Below are positions 24,590-37,020 of a stretch of DNA of 64,000 nt, piece by piece (positions within the stretch are counted from its first letter, which is position 1; each line of letters begins with the position of its first letter). Both the position numbers and the translations under genes were made by a program. Under the pieces are notes generated by a model. That model did no database searches, was not told where the DNA came from, and worked only from the letters and a program-made list of their open reading frames with translations. The DNA lies in the NCBI RefSeq assembly GCF_963921235.1, contig NC_086104.1:102920001-102984000 (forward strand), given 5' to 3'. The stretch comes from Mobula hypostoma. Its lineage: Eukaryota.

Positions 24590-27152
24590 GTTTGACATTA
24601 CTGGGGGACAGTCAGGATCTTGTAGGTGGTGAGAGGGTGTCTGGTCATTTACGGCAGCAGTATGTTTCCTTTTTGCCGATCTTTACAGATAGTGCTGAAG
24701 ACCCGGTTAGTAACCGGGTGAGCTCTGGGATATCTCTCCCCTGGTTTAATGTTGAGTTGGGGAAGAGGCTGACAGATGGGTTGTCCGTCTATACAGCAGA
24801 CTTTATGGCCATTATCGTCACTCTGCATTGGGATGAACGAGTTAAGCTGAATAGAGACGTGATCCGCTCAGACTCTGCCTCGGTACTGCAGAGTTTGGAA
24901 TCGAAACGTTCAAGGGTCGGGGTTAGGAATGGAAGTGAATTATATGTTCTGGGGAGTGCGGGAATAGTATTCCAGTTTTGTTGGGTAATTGCTCATGTGG
25001 GTGTATCGGGTAATGAATCGGCCTATGTTCTCACAGAACAGCCACTTACTAGGTCGGAGGCAGAAATTATAGTCAATATGGGAAAGTATGTTATCACATC
25101 TTCTATTAGGTTCTATTACAGCAACACTCACAACACGCTGGAGGAACTCAGCAGGTCGGGCAGCATCTGTGGAAACGATCAGTCAGTGTTTCGGGCCGGA
25201 ACCCTTCGTCAGGACTGAAGAGGGAAGGGGCAGAAGCCCTATAAAGAAGGTGGGGGGAGGTTGGGAAGGAGAAGGCTGGTAGGTTCCAGGTGAAAAACCA
25301 GTAAGGGGAAAGATAAAGGGGTGGGGGAGGGGAAGTAGGGAGGTGTTAGGCAGGAAAGGTGAAAAAGGAATAGGGGAAAGCACAATGGGTAGTAGGAGGC
25401 GGAACCATGAGGGAGGTGATAGGCATCTGGGGGAGGTGGCGGAGTGAAACTGGGATAGGGGAAAGGAACTACCGGAATATGGAGAATTCATTGTTCATAC
25501 CACAGGGCTGGAGACTACCTAGACGGTATATGAGGTGTTGCTCCTCCAACCTGAGTTTAGCCTCATCATGGCAGTAGAGGAGGCCATGTATGGACATATC
25601 CGATTGGGAATGTGAAGCAAAGTTGAAGTGGCAACCGGGAGATCCTGTCTGTTGTGGCGGACGGAGCGGAGGTGCTCTACGAAGCGGTCCCCCAATCTGT
25701 GTCGGGTTTCACCGATGTAGTGGAGGCCACACCAGGAGCACCAGATGCAATAGATGACCCCAACAGACTCACAGGTGAAGTGTTGCCTCACCTGGAAGGA
25801 CTGTTTGGGGCCCTGAATGGTGGCAAGAGAGGAGGTGTAGGGGCAGGTGTAGCACTTACACTTACAGGGATAAGTGCTGGGTGGGAGATCCGTGGGGATG
25901 GACGTGCGGATAAGTGAGTCGCGGATGGATCAATCCCTGCGGAAAGCAGAGAGGGGTGGAGAGGGAAAGATGTGCTTAGTGGTGGAGTCCTGTTGAAGGT
26001 GGCGGAAGTTGCGGAGGATAATGTGCTGGATCTGGAGGCTGGTGGGGTGGTAGGTGAGGACAAGGGGAACTCTGTCCCTGTTGTGGTGGTGGGAGGATGG
26101 GGCGAGAGCCGAAGTGTGGGAAATGGAGGAGATGCGGGTGAGGGCATCATTGATCACCGTAGAAGGGAAACCACGATCCTTAAAGAAAGAGGACATTTGA
26201 GATGTCCTGGAATGGAAAGCCTCATCCTGGGAGCAGATGCGGCGGAGACGGAGGAACTGGGAATAGGAAATGGCATTTTTGCATGTAGCAGGATGGGAAG
26301 AGGTATAGTCGAGGTAGTTATGAGAGTCAGTGGGCTTGTAGAAGATGTCAGTGGACAGTCTGTCTCCAGAGATGGAGATCGAGAAAGGGGAAAGAAGTGT
26401 CCGAGATAGACCAAGTGAATTTGAGGGCTGGGTGGAAGTTTGAAGTAAAGTCGATGAAATTGACGAGCTCGGCATGGGTGCAGGAAGCAGCACCAATGTA
26501 GTCGTCAATGTAGTGAAGGAAAAGTTGGGGAGCAGTACCAGTATAGGTTTGGAGCACAGACTGTTCCACATAACCAATGAAGAGGCAGGCATAGCTGGGG
26601 CCCATGCAAGTGCCCATAGCTACACACTTGGTCTGAAGAAAGTGGGAAGAGCCAAAAGAGAAGTTATTAAGTGTGAGTACCAGTTCCGCCAACCAGAGGA
26701 GGGTGGTGGTGGTGGGGAACTGGTGAGGTCTATTGTCCAGAAATTATAGTTTGTTTCCATCAGTCCAGGGGAGGCACCCTTTGGGAAGGAATAGGAGGGA
26801 AGGTGTGTGGTTGACGAGACTGAGGTTTGGACATACGGGTTTGCACTCCACTTTGGCACTCGTTGCTAAGCTTGGGAACGGGTGGTGTGATTTTTGTAAG
26901 GTCTCAGAGACTGTGGAACACATGATCAGGGTGTGATATACCACAGATATTTGTTGTAATGTGGGAAGCTGTTTGGGCAATTATTGGAGAGCTCTGGGAT
27001 GCCTAGTTTGCAGGATATTCTGGCACCTGAGGCAGGGACGGTTAAGTCGCATGGGTCCCTGATAAACTTTTTATTTGAAACCGGTTTGGGAGTTTGGATC
27101 TGATCCCCATCATGGCTGCCTTCCTACTCCGTTACAGAAGGTGGCAGTAATG
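24590..27152 (+). mobile_element. Nimb/I-clade LINE 3' fragment (RNase H, CCHC, 3' end), split by a Penelope insertion
   Basis: IFTDS..SVYTADFMAI..SDSAS..WVIAHVGVSGNESA; LTRLRFGHTGL..CDFCKVSETVEH; 3' end gtggcagtaatgc. Confidence 0.8.
25122..26743 (-). mobile_element. Penelope-like element, 5'-truncated (RT, GIY-YIG, pseudo-LTR with hammerhead motif at ~25180-25218)
   Basis: AMGTCMGPSYACLF, HYIDDYIG, GVIYCIWC..YIGET; imperfect TSD attacag/attatag. Confidence 0.92.
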
Positions 27153-27154
27153 CG

Positions 27155-27560
27155 AAGGAGCGAGCTGCCATCAGCACAAAAGGAGAAGGAGGTAGGATCG
27201 GGGCTCTGAACGGGAGATTCATCAGCACCAGAGTCCGCACCACAAGTGAGAAACAATTACTGCGAGCTCCGGACACACTGTGGCCCTGCAAACCCAGGAC
27301 AGTCCCGGTCCTTTCCATCTCCCTTAGCCCCTCGATCCATGCCCAGGCCCCGGATAGATGGGTCTCTCGTTAATTGTTTTTTCTGGGTATAGGGGCAGAC
27401 ATGGGCGACACTTCTGGTGTTTCCCGACCAGTTTGTAGGGCGTGTTTGGAAACACAGATGGAGGGAATAGGAGTGGATGGATCTTTCTAATACTGTGGAG
27501 CTCCAACTATCTCAATCCAAGGATTCGGAACTCGGAACGAAAACCAAGTTGGTCTCTGAT
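27155..27560 (+). other. Inverted copy of the ZNF 5' exon/intron module
   Basis: Reverse complement of ~40650-41020; also similar to 7370-7700 and 57890-58080. Confidence 0.75.
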
Positions 27561-27599
27561 AAAGTGTCTACCTTCCACTCAATGAAAATACCAATTAGT

Positions 27600-29275
27600 G
27601 CTGCATGGGGGAAAAAAACACCAAAATCTGGTTATGAAAGGATCTATAAAGCAAGGTAACTTGAGAACCTGTGTCACATCTGGCTCTAGCATAAACACCT
27701 TCAATCAGAGCCTGGACCCGCTAAACCTTTAGGAATTGGAAGGTATCCTCTCCAAAATGCCAGCCTGTTCCTTTACTGGGTCCCTCTGTAGCTTTGCCTC
27801 CTTTCTTCTTTGTTTGATTAATCGCTAACTCAGTTTTCAAAGATTTTCCCGTTCCTCACAGTCTTGCTTGAGATATCCATCTTTTCCACAGCTGTAACAG
27901 AAAATACCCATCACCTCTCTAGTCAGGAGACCCTTTTCAACAGCATTCTGCTGCATCATGAGCCCTACAGGTGGGTTGGGTTTTCTAACAGACGTATCAT
28001 GTTTAGTTGAAACATTAGCAGACATCCATCAAATCAGCTCACCTCAAAGGTTTTCCACCCCATTCCTTAAAAGCTCTATCTCCATGGTATCAGGGGCCAC
28101 TTTGGCAACAGAGGCTATCCATGAAGACACTGCTCTGCTTTTGGAAACTCCTGTTTCTCAATCACGTTTTCCTCCTTTCTAACTTCTCTGAGTAACTCAG
28201 TAAAAGATGGAGTGCGCATCTTGCAGGTCATTCAAATACATAGAGCAATCACATCATGTGACAGTATCCTTCACAACTTTCTCCATCCTCAAGCAGTTTC
28301 TCCCAGACGGCTGAATGCCCCGTTTGTGGTACAAACAATTCAGCAGCTTCTCCAACCTGAAAATGTAGGCAGACAGCACTTGTTCTTCCTGGAATGTGAG
28401 CCTGAACTTCACCATCGGATTGGCTGCACTTTCAGCAGTGCCAGAAGTATTTTACAGAGCTTGCAGGTAAGTAGCTGACATGGGTAATGGATTTTCTATC
28501 TGTAGGAACCTCAGTATATCAGCCGCTGGACCCTTTAACCTCTCGACCAGTGTCTGTTTTTTCATGTTATCTGAGCACTGCCATTCATCCAGTAACTGGG
28601 ATGTCTGCTCAGCCCCAGCCTCGCTTTTCTACCCCATCGGCTGTGGGCTTGACTCCAGAGAACATTTCCAGCCTACAATGACTGGCACTCTGCAGATGCA
28701 TTTCTGCATTTAGTAACCAGTGACGGAATAGCCAAAACCAACTCAGAATTTAAATCAACCACTGAAGGACCCACTAAACCTTTCACATCAGACAACTCCT
28801 TTCCCTCAATTTGCAGAAATGAGAACAACTTGTTTTTAAAGTTTTCACCCTCAGCTACATACCCCTATTCTCAAAAATATGGACTGCCCATAGCCCCACC
28901 TCTTTAGGATCTCCAAACCTATCAGGCAGCATGACTTCAGTCACATCACAGCTAGTCTGGACTAACATGACATACTTACCAGTGGATTGGTCAAAATAGT
29001 GTTCACTCAGTGTAACTTACCCTAAACCCTGGAAAAAAGACTTAGCACTCTGAACACATGTTCATCACAAACTTGGACATCCACCCTGCTCAAGCATCGT
29101 CTGTAGATAATCTCTTTGAATTGTACCAACCCTTAATCCCTGCAGTGTCCATCATAAGGTACCTTAGTCACTTTCCCTGACATTAGTTTAAACAAATGCT
29201 TAAACACACAAACCGCTTAATCAATTCTTCACAGCAATTACACAGCATGCAGTGAATCCCGGATGAGCCCCTACT
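27600..29275 (-). mobile_element. Gypsy LTR retrotransposon 5' internal region: PBS-Pro, PNMA-like gag with zinc knuckle, protease start; decayed
   Basis: PBS taggggctcatccgggat (29273-29256); ATG at 29152; LLDEWQCSD..KQTLVERLKGPAADILRFL; CYSCGKDGYLKQDC; DTGSQVTLL. Confidence 0.85.
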
Positions 29276-29409
29276 GTATTCCATCTACCACGTCTTTGCC
29301 CATTCTCCTAACCTGTTTAACTTTAACTGTAGCCTCTCTGCTTTCTTAACAGTACCTCTCCCACCACCCACCTTCATAATGTCCACAAACTTGGCCACAA
29401 AGCCATCAA

Positions 29410-30080
29410 TTTAGATTAGATTATGAGGACACTCAGTCCTCGTTTATTGTCATTTAGAAATGCATGCATTAAGAAATGATACAGTGTTCCTCCAGTATGA
29501 TATCACAGAAACACAGGACAGACCAAGACTAAAACTGACAAAAACCACATATTTATAACATACAGTTACAACAGTGCAAAGCAATACCATAATTTGATAA
29601 AGAGCAGACCATGGGCACGGTAAAAACAAGTCTCGAGTCCCGATAGCCCCAACATCTCACGCAGATGGTAGAAGGGAGAGACTCTCTCTGCCATGAATCT
29701 CCAGCACTGCAAACTTGCCGATGCAGCATCCTGAAAGCACCCGACCACAGCTGACTCTGAGTCCGTCCGAAAACTTCGAGCCTCTGACCAGCCCTCCAGC
29801 ACCAAGCACCAACTCTGCCGAGCGTTTCCACCCCGCTCCAGCCGTCGAGCGACAAGCATAGCTGAGGACTCAGGGCCTTCCCCTCCCAAGATCCATGAAC
29901 ACAGTAGCAGCAGCAGCGAAACAGGCACTTCAGAAGTTTCACCAGATCTTCCTCCGCACTCTCATGTCTGTCTCCATCAAATCAGGATTGTGCACGGCAC
30001 CCTACTTGACAGATAATAGATATTCATCAGCAGAGTGGCCGCTGCGCACTGCATCGCACTGCCATCTTCTCCTCCTCCTC
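29410..30080 (-). mobile_element. Non-autonomous LINE derivative (5' AAGATGGC start, Rex1/L2-type 3' end with (TCTAA)n tail), inside a CR1 fragment
   Basis: Minus strand starts ggaggagaagatggcag and ends tgacaataaacgaggactgagtgtcctcataatctaatctaa; no coding homology seen. Confidence 0.6.
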
Positions 30081-30119
30081 ATCATTAACATATATTGTGA
30101 AAAGAAACAGTCCCAACCT

Positions 30120-31080
30120 ATGTTCCCTCTAAGCTGTGTGCGTGCGTGTGCGCACACACGTTTTTCAACCAGCACACAAAGGAAATTAATGTGCGCACAA
30201 AAGGTTAGTTACCTAAAATAACGTAGTAATTAATAATTATACTTATTGAAAATGATCTTTTAGCTAAATGTTTCTGTTAACTAGTTAGTTGGTTTTTCAA
30301 ATACCACAATGCACGTCACCGATTGATTCACATCATTTTGCATGAGGCAAAATTAACAAGATAAGGAAAGCAGTATCTGGGAGACAATGTTTCATGGAGT
30401 GACAAAGTTAAAGTTAAGCCAACAACGTGAAGAAAACGTCACAGTAGATACAAGTTCGCTGTTGACTTTTATAAATAGTCCTTGTGTTCATTTAGAAGAA
30501 AGGTTTCCTGAAGATGAGGTACAAGAATGGTCAGCTTTTGATTTCTCCGCAATTGCAGATTGTGACTTCACATTTGGCAATGAACAACTTAATGCCTTAT
30601 GTCTAAAATATCATAATTTCTAGCTGAAACTACTGTAATAGTTAGACAGTTTAATGATTTCAAATTTTCTGTGCAAGAAAAAATTAAATCCAAACTGATT
30701 TCAAACTTTGCTCAAATGGTGGCAATTGTACTTCAAAATGAACAGTTTTGTGACCTTGCACAGTTGATGGACATTGGGGGGAACTGTTCTTATGTCTAGT
30801 GCGGACTATGAGCGAGGCTTTAGCCTAATGAATCAACTCAAAAACAAGCTGAGAAACCGTTTAGGTGAATGTCATTTGGATATGTTAATGAGAATCAAAA
30901 GCTATCAATTGGATGGAAGTTCTATTTGTTGAGATAGAGTTTACAAAGAATGGGTAAATACCAAAGACAGGAGAGAGAAAAAAATAACTGAGTGACTTAA
31001 ATGTGTATGTTATTTTGTGCAGTTTTATGTCAAATATTTTGTAAACTTGAAATACTCCAGAGGCATACCAAATTTGGTTT
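30120..31080 (+). mobile_element. hAT DNA transposon, internally deleted (terminal region plus transposase C-terminal dimerisation domain)
   Basis: Terminus tgttccctctaag; HLEERFPE..FDF...SSADYERGFSLMNQLKNKLRNRLG..LDMLMRI. Confidence 0.8.
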
Positions 31081-32339
31081 ATTTAATTAATTATTCATCT
31101 CTTGCCCCCATGTGTGAAATCGTGAACACAGAGGGAAATCCTTAGCACCATTTACCTCGGGCCACAATGCGTCCATCAGGGTGAAGCCACCTACCATCGT
31201 GCTGCTTTACCCAGTTTTTCCCACTTCACCCTTCCGGTTGCTGGAGCAGTGGATCAGAATGCCCGTACGTCCTCTAAAGTGGGAGGTGTCATCAGGGCCA
31301 ACGACATAGGGCCGCTTGTTTCCAGCACAAGGCTGGACCTGATTGCTGCCTCTTGTATTACAATCGGCCGCTTTATTGCCCCTAGAGACCCCATCCGATT
31401 GTCCAGTATGTGCTGTGCATTTAGTAATTGCAACCTGTTTAGGCTCCTGTCAGGCTGCCAATAAGTTTTGGATGTGCACTGATTTTTCTTTAAATGAGGA
31501 ACCTCCCAAGATAAAAAAAAAGCACCATAATTTCCTGATATGTCCATAATCATGTGCTACTTCAAAGACGTAGCGTGAGTCAGTATAGGCATTACAGTCT
31601 GGCCTTTAGCAAGTAACCAAGTCCAGTAAGCGCAAACGGTTTGGCTTGTACCGAAGTAGACACGAGAAGTGCCACTGTCCCCATGACATGGGTGAGGGAA
31701 ACAACCGCATGTCCTGCGCATGATTTGCCCATGTGTAAAGCCGAGCCGTCAACAAAGAAAATTGATTCGGCATTAACAGGAGGAGTATCAGTAAGGTCCA
31801 CACGGAGTTTTATTACTTCTTGTGTAACAGTTTCACGGCAGTGTGGATCGACGTCTTCCTCTGGGGAGAAGAGTGGCCGCATTAAAAGTTCCACAGCGAG
31901 TAATTCTAACATTCAGATTTATAATGACTTGCTTTCGTACTTAGTTTATTGAGCGGGGGGAGGGTGTTAGGTGGCAGAGCAAGTCAGTAACGTTTCTGCT
32001 GAACGTGGGATATGGACACGAGGAAGATGATTTAGAGTCTGAGACTGCATTTGCTGAACAGCAAGTCAAGAGGCAGCCACTGCTGAAAACAACCAGGTAG
32101 ACCGCTGCCTATTGGGTCTAACTGAGCACTGATAAGCAATCGGCCCTTGTCTTCCCCTGTGGCCCTGAGTCCAGATGGCCTGAACACAGCCATTCCAAAG
32201 CAGGGACAGACATCATTGGTGCTTTTATATGTTAAAATGTCTCCTCAGCTTCCGGAATCCAGCATATTGGATCTGGTTGACTGGGAAGAGAGATTTTCTG
32301 GAGGGGCCTAACAATTGCTGCATAATCTAAAATACCCAG

Positions 32340-33197
32340 TGTTACGTACCCCGTAACTGGGTTGCCAAACCAGCAGAAATGGATCACTCAGTTGGAGTCT
32401 GGAGTACTAGAACTAAGAAAGTTTTATTAAAGAAACAAGCAACACAGTAATCGAAAGGATAATAAATGCAACAGTTCAGTGATGATAAACACACATGTGC
32501 ACAGAATTAAGATAACAGCATCAATCAAGCTCTATCGTTGTCTAGGGGTAAATGACCAATTTCAAAATGACTCAAAGTTCAGTCCAGTTTAGTAGTTCAG
32601 TTCGCAGTAATCGTTGCCATGGCGGTGGACAACGTGGGGGAAGAGAGACAGAATAGGAACAACTGATCATTCAGAACGGCTTCACTCACAGACCAGCGGG
32701 ATGGCTCACAAACAGCTTTTGGGCAGGTCCTTGGTGATGTCACCTGAGGTCACCGACTGTGACCCCTCCTCCAGATGCGGTCGATCCTCTGCAGTGAACC
32801 CGGCACCCAGGCAAGGGCGGACACACACCGGGTTCCCGCTGATCGTACCTTTCCACCCTTGTCGTTGTCTGGGACTTCTCACCCACTCGTGAGAAGCGCA
32901 CCGCTTCCAGGGTCTCGTTACCTCGGGTGGCGTGTGTGTCTGTCTTAGCGAACCTGTCCCTTTTTATCCCCCTGCTGGGGTATCGCCTGTCCATCACTTC
33001 AAACAGTTCAGGGCTCAAAGGGGGGAGCCGCTCCAGACAGCTCTTCCTCCCACATCCCTTCATTACACATCTCCAGACGCTGCTCCATTGTTCCTTATCT
33101 CTCCTTCCCCTGAGGGCAGGTGGCAGACCAACTGCTGATGCCACTGATGCTAGCCCAGGCCAGCAAACATCTTAATTTTATGTGTATTCTCGTAACA
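32340..33197 (-). mobile_element. Solo LTR, copy 1, inserted in ERV pol
   Basis: TGTTACG...CGTAACA termini; 4-bp TSD CCAG; closely similar to 45865-46725. Confidence 0.93.
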
Positions 33198-34107
33198 CCA
33201 GTCATTTCCAAGAAATGCTTCATTTCCCTAAAAGTCGTTGGCTGCAGGGCTTTAACTATTGCTTCAATCCTAGTCTTAATCAATGACTTTATATCCTGGG
33301 ATAGGATAGGTCCTAGATAATTAACTTCTGGTTGTACAAACTGTGGTTTCGGCTTTGATACTTTATGGCCTTTCTTAGCTAGTTTATGTAAAAGATGAGG
33401 GAGTCCTGCTCACCAGCTCTCTTGCTTGAGGAAGTCGACGGGAGGTTAACCACAGACTGTATTAGAGTCGAGTCCCCAGGAAACTCTTTAAACTTCCTTC
33501 ATTTGCAATTTACATGCCACAATGCTGACTGCATCAAAACTATTTTCCAAGAAATCTCAAACTTGAAATCAATATTTCAAAAGTATTGAATAACATTTTT
33601 TATATTCTAAAAAATAAAGCAGTCTTGTTCGTAAAGCAACTTTTAGGATTGCTCCCAAAGTATTCCAGTCTTTCAAAAATTTTAATTTCAAGTTCCCAAT
33701 TTAACTGACTACCAATGAGCAATTTCTCCAAATGCCCATATCCCTTAGAAATGTGGGCATCTCACATCTGGAACAGGGATCTGCACATTTGTCCAGTTTT
33801 CTTCACCTGGATTTCACCTGGCAAGCGTGGAATGTGGGTCCCCCTAAAATCAAATACATGGACCCCAAATAATGAAACACAAACCAAAATGTAATACAGA
33901 CAATGCAGAACCCAAATCCAAGCTTGTACTTCTTTTCCTTGAGAACCATCACATGTAACTGCAAAATTTAAAATAAACAGTTAAAAGTTGCTGTGAAAAG
34001 CTTTCACATATTTTACAAGGAACCAGGAGAGAGAAAATGCTGCATAGGGACCCTGACATATTAACACATTTCAGAACACAAAATTGAGCAAACACTGAAC
34101 AGTCTGC

Positions 34108-34144
34108 TCTTCTCTCTCTCTCTCTCTCTCACTCACACACACAC
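34108..34144. repeat. (CT)n(CA)n microsatellite
   Basis: Direct observation. Confidence 0.9.
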
Positions 34145-34257
34145 TTTCAAGTGAACTCCCATGTCCCCACACTTCACATAATTAAAGGAAGCAAACCATT
34201 CACATTTTACTGCAGCTTTTGTATCTGCTTTAAACACTTTCTATGATCTCCAGTGTT

Positions 34258-35100
34258 AGAACATAGCAAGCCTACGGCACAATACAGGCCCTTCAGCCCA
34301 CAAAGCTGTGCTGAACATGTCCCTACCTTAGAACTACCTAGGCTTACCCATAGCTCTCTATTTTTCTAATCTCCACGTAGCCATCCAGGGGTCTCTTAAA
34401 AGACCCTATCGTTTCCACCTCCACCACTGCCGCCGGCAGCCCATTCCACACACTCACCACTCTCTGCGTAAAAAAACTTACCCCTGACATCTCCTCTGTA
34501 CCTACTTCCAAGCACCTTAAAACTGTGCCCTCTCATGCTAACCATTTCAGCCCTGGGGAAAAGCCTCTGACTAGCCACATGATCAATGCCTCTCATTATC
34601 TTGTACACTTCTATCAAGTCACCTCTCATCCTCTGTCACTCCAAGGAGAAAAGGCCGAGTTCACTCAACCTATTCTCATAAGGCATGCTCCCCAATCCAG
34701 GCAATGTCCTTGTAAATCTCCTCTGCACCCTTTCTATGGCTTCCACATCCTACAGTGAAGCAACCAGAACTGAGCACAATACTCCAAGTGGAGTCCTATA
34801 TAGCTGCAACATTACTGCTTGGCTCCTAAATTCAATTACACGATTGATGAAGGCCAATGCACCGTATGCCTTGTTAACCAGAGTCAACCTGTGTAGCAGC
34901 TTTGAGTGTCCTATGGATTCAGACCCCAAGATCCCTCTGATCCTGCACACTGCCAAGAGTCTTACTATTAATACTATATCCTGCCATCATATTTGACCTA
35001 CCAAAATGAACCACCTCACACTTGTCTGGGTTGAACTCCATCTGCCACTTCTCAGCCCAGTTTTGCATCCTATCAATGTCCCATTGTAACCTCTGACAGC
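34258..35100 (-). mobile_element. CR1 3' fragment
   Basis: WAEKWQMEFNPDKCEVVHFG; MRGDLIEVYKIMRG. Confidence 0.9.
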
Positions 35101-36241
35101 CAGTTGTGTTACTTTTCATTACCGATTTCTGTATTACATTCATAACCACCATTAAATCAATGCACTGTTTCTTTAATCCCTTTAATTCATTTACCGTTGA
35201 GTCTTTATTCAGTGCAGTCTATTCCTTCTCCACTACAACATCCAGTAGTGTTCAAACCTCACATAATGTTACTTGACTGTTATTGTAATTTTTGATGTAG
35301 TTTCATTGATTTATGGGCAATCAATTACTATGACTTCTCTTTGACTAACAATAATTTAGTGCATCCTAAATATTGGATTGACCCTTCCACGTGTTGCTGA
35401 TACTATACTTTTAACTTTTACCGACTCGACCCATGCATCCCAGATGCTGGGTCGATCATTGTTTCTGTCCCTGACCCTGAACCATCCAACTTGTTTGCCC
35501 ACCACTTTCACATGAACCTTTTTACTGCCCCATTCATTTTAGCATTTCTGTCACCATGCCAATTGCGTCAGAGACATGGTGGAAGAAACCGATCTACTCA
35601 AGACCATAGCTCAAACCACAGCGCACAGAGCAATAGCAAAACAAAAATCTGAGGTCCGACTCCAAGAGAGAAAATCCCTAGGAGCGAATAGAGACTTGCC
35701 TTTTGGCAATCATTGCTACCAGGGAATCTTTCAGACAACCCAGCCACCGGGGTTCTCCACACTACGACCATGCCTAGATGAGCGATATCAGTTGGACCTC
35801 CAAATTCTGTTATGTACTTTTCACTAGGTCTTGTAATAAAGAACCAGAAGAACAGAGTGAATCTGTTCAAAGGCTTGTTTATTACCTGCATGTTTTTTCT
35901 CCATCCTCCGCTAGATGTACCTGTTTTCCCACAAACTCCACTGTCTTGCACAAATATATTATCTTCTTTTCCATGTATGAATCTAATGATTTAATTAGCA
36001 CTCTACCAGTTTGCATATGACTCTCCCAGCTTGCATTACTTTTTCACAAATCTCTTTTTAAAAGTAGCAAGGCAAAAATCCTCAATCCTGATTTCCATGC
36101 GATGATGAAAGAGCCAGAACTACTTTTTTTAAACACGGACAATTTGGAACATAAAAGGATGTTCTTACACCTTTTTGTTGCTTGCTAAAAAGTCTCTCTG
36201 CCTTGCACTGTTCTGAGCTCTAAATTCTGCCGACTAGGCCA

Positions 36242-36665
36242 CTGGGTGGAACTTGATGTTTAAATCCAAGGTTCTTTTAGAAGTCAGGAACAAGGCATAA
36301 AACTTGTTGCTTCATGGTGGTTTTACTCAAAGTTGATAGAACAGAAACAGAACCATGTCAGGGGCCTAATACTTAAAGAAGAAAGGGGAATTAAAGATGG
36401 TGCCTAACATAACAGCTGCTTTTATACCCAAAGATAAGAAAAATAATCATTCAAATCTATAGTTAACATTAATCCAGTTAGAAACCACTTAGTTAATACT
36501 GCAGTAAAAATCAACCAATGAGAAAACATTTATCCACTTTGTAAAGTACAAGAAACTTCCCAAATTATATTATGTCCAGCCACGACAGGCATCTTAAACT
36601 GTTATGCATACAAAAGCGACTGAAAATACAAGGAAATAATCAATTGTTAAATTACAAAAAAAGGG
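36242..36665 (-). mobile_element. Probable 5' LTR of the class I ERV
   Basis: Immediately 5' of the PBS; minus strand has CCAAT (attggtt), TATA (gggtataaaagc) and AGTAAA in order; outer boundary uncertain. Confidence 0.55.
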
Positions 36666-36844
36666 ACAATTAAAATTCAACATTTGGGTCCAACAAACTC
36701 CTGTGCCCTGCACACTCCATTCGCAGTGATAGGACATTCTGAAGCTCAGAGATTTCTGGGCAAGAAGAGTGCCATTCAATGTGTTTGCAAGCATTGCCTC
36801 CCCTCTGCCAAATGCCACCAATCCAGTCAATATTTTTTATATTT

Positions 36845-37020
36845 TGAGTGGCTGCACTCAAAGTATGGGAACACTTCAACATACTTTGAGTGCATGCAGA
36901 GTTAATCTTTCCAGCGGCATGTACACTTGGAGACATAACAACGTTCTCAAAGTTGTAACAGAAGCGGTTGAGCAGAGAGTACTGCAGCACAACCGCCAAG
37001 TTTTTAAGCTCACCAGTGGG
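36845..37020 (+). mobile_element. HERO/R2-type (restriction-like endonuclease) non-LTR fragment
   Basis: GTLQHTLSAC...GMYTWRHNNVLKVV (CCHC followed by RHN motif). Confidence 0.65.

Larger units (their letters stand above)
31090..36241 (-). mobile_element. Class I (gamma/epsilon-like) endogenous retrovirus internal region, decayed and deleted (PBS-Ser, RT thumb, RNase H)
   Basis: PBS tggcctagtcggcagaatt (36241-36223); LAKKGHKVSKPKPQFVQPEVNYLG; DLTDTPPVNAESIFFVDGSA; VAITKCTAHTG..VSRGNKAAD. Confidence 0.8.

Noticed and set aside
27840-29152. Domesticated PNMA gene
   Set aside because: Multiple stops and frameshifts with PBS and protease attached; it is a decayed retrotransposon.
30387-30990. 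ZNF862-like host gene
   Set aside because: Only a disrupted hAT C-terminus directly behind a transposon terminus.
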